In this document: positions 18,786 through 20,560 of the stretch, in pieces | How positions within the stretch are numbered: position 1 is the first letter of the stretch | Layout: every line of letters starts with the position of its first letter | NCBI GenBank assembly: GCA_039630055.1 | Contig: JBCNVN010000016.1 | Location: forward strand, 10,795 to 31,354 | Length of the DNA stretch: 20,560 nucleotides | From: Candidatus Caldarchaeales archaeon | GTDB lineage: Archaea > Thermoproteota > Nitrososphaeria_A > Caldarchaeales > Wolframiiraptoraceae | Direction of reading: 5' to 3' | Made by a program: the position numbers and the translations under genes | Notes under the pieces: model-generated | What the model saw: the letters and a program-made list of their open reading frames with translations, nothing else | The model's database searches: none | What the model was told of the DNA's origin: nothing

Positions 18786-19039
18786 GTGAAAGATATGGTG
18801 GAGAAGTATGAATCACCGTGGAGTTCTCCTTATATCTTCACGGTGGTGAGCGAACTCTATCGCTCACCCATTGCGAGGTGAAATAAGAAATAAAGGAGTG
18901 GAGGGGGCCTCTGGTCATGAGTTGCTACGGCTTAGATTAGTTCGGTTAAACTCTGAACGGACGTGGGAGTAACCCTCGTCTTTCACCTCGCAGGCCTACT
19001 AATCTTCATCGCCTTTATAGCTCATGACCAGTAGGCCTT
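18786..19039. ncRNA. Candidate structured non-coding RNA (~260 nt) overlapping the 3' end of the IS110-related ORF
   Basis: At least eight complementary segment pairs of 6-16 bp within a GC-richer, ORF-poor stretch (coordinates in findings). No match recognised to tRNA, SRP or RNase P. Strand unresolved. Confidence 0.65.
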
Positions 19040-19926
19040 ACGGAGATGGTTGTAGTTGCTTGCGGTCTATTAGATAATAAATATGCTTGTCTCATATCTT
19101 TGATTATTTGAGTTTTTATCCTTGTTATTATCTGTCTCCGACACATCTTCTTAGACTTTACTAATTCAATAAGTCTTCTATATTTCTCTGATATCTTCTT
19201 ACATTTTCCTTTTTTGAGGTTGAAGTATATGCTACTTGCTAGTAACGATAAATGTTTGTTTACTCTGAAATTATGTTTGCAATAACTCCATATTTCACTT
19301 TTACTATGGCTTAGGTCTATAAACGTCAATGATATAGCTAGCTCCACGCTATCATTTAAGCCAATGATTTGAAGTATCTTACGATATATTGGTGTGTTTT
19401 CATTAATTTTTCTACATATCTCTTCACCGATCCTTCTCTTCTCTTTTTCATAATCTCTTATGACCTTCTTTATATCACAGTATTCTGGAGTATCTCTAAG
19501 CCATTGTTTTAAAACTTGGATTCTTTTACCAAGCCTCTCATATCTTGAGATTAGTGGATTCATTTCTATTTTCACCTCAATCTCCCACATCATTACTTCT
19601 CTAAAGAATTCTTTAGGAATCTTCGAGATTGTAAGAGCATCATTTTCATCGCTCTTCTTAAGATTGTTCTCAACTCTCTTCTCTTTTAGAACTCTAGTAT
19701 TCTTCAAAAGAAATATCTTTACACCATTCTTCAATAATTCATAGATCTCACTGTAAATCGATGAGAACAAAACATCGATATAGATTTCCTCAGCATCTCT
19801 AAGCTCTGTCAACTTCTTAACCTTGAAGCATCTCTCACCATCAAACACCACATGCATCTTACTCTTATTCTTCTTGGAATCCAATGAATTGGCGACATCA
19901 ACATAATAAATCTTTCCTTCAGCCAA
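19015..19926 (-). CDS. IS110-related protein (RuvC-like DEDD domain + coiled coil + degenerate Tnp/Nop-like domain)
   Basis: YYVD10VA, IYID51, KKSD93END96A match the IS110 GIDVxK / E / KTDxxDA layout; helical K/E/R-rich region at ~120-176; ILQIIGL...EIWSYC...EKYRRL resembles the IS110/Tas C-terminal domain. TTG start with GAGGTGA RBS. Confidence 0.7.
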   Translation of the reverse strand: MAEGKIYYVDVANSLDSKKNKSKMHVVFDGERCFKVKKLTELRDAEEIYIDVLFSSIYSEIYELLKNGVKIFLLKNTRVLKEKRVENNLKKSDENDALTISKIPKEFFREVMMWEIEVKIEMNPLISRYERLGKRIQVLKQWLRDTPEYCDIKKVIRDYEKEKRRIGEEICRKINENTPIYRKILQIIGLNDSVELAISLTFIDLSHSKSEIWSYCKHNFRVNKHLSLLASSIYFNLKKGKCKKISEKYRRLIELVKSKKMCRRQIITRIKTQIIKDMRQAYLLSNRPQATTTISVRPTGHEL

Positions 19927-20200
19927 TATATGTCACCTCTTCATCTTCTTCTCTCCCAAATATCATGTCTGCCGCTATAAGCCCTCCAATAATCAATAGA
20001 GCTGCTAAGAGTCTGCTATCATTATATCTCTTTAAGACTTTCTCGATCGCCTCGGTATACTTATCTTCTTCATCGAAGATCTTTGCAACCTCCCTTACAA
20101 CTTCATCATATTGATTCCATGATAATCCTAGAGCTGAATGCAGACGCTCAGCATCATGCCTTAATGCAACTCTGAATAACCTCTTAACGATAACCACCAT
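19919..20200 (-). CDS. Hypothetical protein (93 aa, one hydrophobic segment)
   Basis: GAGGTGGTGA RBS upstream of the ATG; its stop overlaps the start of the 303-aa ORF. Confidence 0.7.
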   Translation of the reverse strand: MVVIVKRLFRVALRHDAERLHSALGLSWNQYDEVVREVAKIFDEEDKYTEAIEKVLKRYNDSRLLAALLIIGGLIAADMIFGREEDEEVTYIG

Positions 20201-20273
20201 CCACGTTCACCACCTCTAGACTATGTATAGCATCATCTATTAAGTCCAGTATCTCTTGCCTTAACCTCCGCAT
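20184..20273 (-). CDS. Possible 29-aa microprotein MRRLRQEILDLIDDAIHSLEVVNVDGGYR
   Basis: Its ATG overlaps the upstream stop (TGATG), it fills the gap between two ORFs, and it reads as an amphipathic helix; below the ORF-track size cut-off. Confidence 0.45.
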   Translation of the reverse strand: MRRLRQEILDLIDDAIHSLEVVNVDGGYR

Positions 20274-20497
20274 CAATGGTTCACCGCAAGATATTTTGAG
20301 TAGAATCTACAGAACATCTCTAGATCATTTCTGAAATCAGATATTCTCACCACCACTCTAAAATCAATGTCTTCTCCAAGCAGCGGTAGTAGAGACTCAG
20401 CATACTCTATAAGCCTCTCGAAATCCTCTATTCCAACCTCGCTGAAAGCCTCTAAATACTTCTCTCTAATCTTTTCAAGGGCTCTGACCACCATCAA
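20273..20497 (-). CDS. Hypothetical protein (74 aa)
   Basis: AGGTGA RBS upstream; closely spaced to neighbours on both sides. Confidence 0.65.
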   Translation of the reverse strand: MMVVRALEKIREKYLEAFSEVGIEDFERLIEYAESLLPLLGEDIDFRVVVRISDFRNDLEMFCRFYSKYLAVNH

Positions 20498-20500
20498 CCA

Positions 20501-20560
20501 TCACCTTTTGATGGCGTAGATAGAGTATATCAGTAGTATTACTACAATCAAGAGCATCAT
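20501..20560 (-). CDS. C-terminal end of a probable membrane protein (likely begins beyond the window)
   Basis: Open frame ...MMLLIVVILLIYSIYAIKR* from the window edge; its stop lies inside the RBS of the next gene. Confidence 0.5.
   Translation of the reverse strand: MMLLIVVILLIYSIYAIKR

Larger units (their letters stand above)
18780..20560 (-). mobile_element. Probable edge of an integrated mobile element (virus- or plasmid-like gene string)
   Basis: Abrupt switch from conserved genes to short, overlapping, co-oriented unknown ORFs ending in an IS110-related gene. No att site or integrase is visible. Confidence 0.45.

Noticed and set aside
18795-18881. 28-aa plus-strand ORF MVEKYESPWSSPYIFTVVSELYRSPIAR
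   Set aside because: Very short, no clear RBS, and it coincides with hairpins that better explain the sequence; not fully excluded.
18780-19040. tRNA, SRP RNA, RNase P RNA, CRISPR array or canonical TIGR array
   Set aside because: No cloverleaf or T-loop, no RNase P or SRP conserved motifs recognised, and no periodic direct repeats with spacers.
1486-19744. Many antisense ORFs in the track (e.g. 1486-1719, 1901-2218, 3383-3685, 4876-5121, 5762-6049, 6653-7426, 8472-8861, 11040-11396, 16340-17562, 17923-18195, 19460-19744)
   Set aside because: They lie opposite well-supported genes and show no recognisable motifs; treated as shadow frames.

Overview
Archaeal genomic window, judged from PCNA, archaeal-type PGK, a FAU-1-like protein, GGTGA/GGAGG ribosome-binding sites and BRE/TATA promoters. 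Positions 1-18655 are mostly housekeeping and metabolic genes: partial HD phosphohydrolase, two cupins, Nramp-like transporter, family III CoA-transferase, vapBC, tmk, two divergent GH130 genes, an ArsR regulator, two ECF S-components, pgk with a bacterial-type class I gap, an RHH-nucleotidyltransferase fusion, FAU-1/DUF402, methanogen-type SerRS and PCNA. After PCNA a minus-strand, translationally coupled operon of small unknown ORFs (virus- or plasmid-like) ends in a 303-aa IS110-related protein. It has RuvC-like acidic residues D10/D51/D93/D96 and a coiled coil, and its Tnp/Nop-like C-terminus appears to lack the catalytic serine loop. Its 3' end overlaps a ~260-nt, densely base-paired non-coding element with a long rod, a K-turn-like motif and a 12-nt crossing complementarity. 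This protein plus RNA pair is the best candidate for an undescribed RNA-guided system related to IS110 bridge/seekRNA and TIGR-Tas. All assignments come from motif recognition by eye; no searches or folding programs were run.
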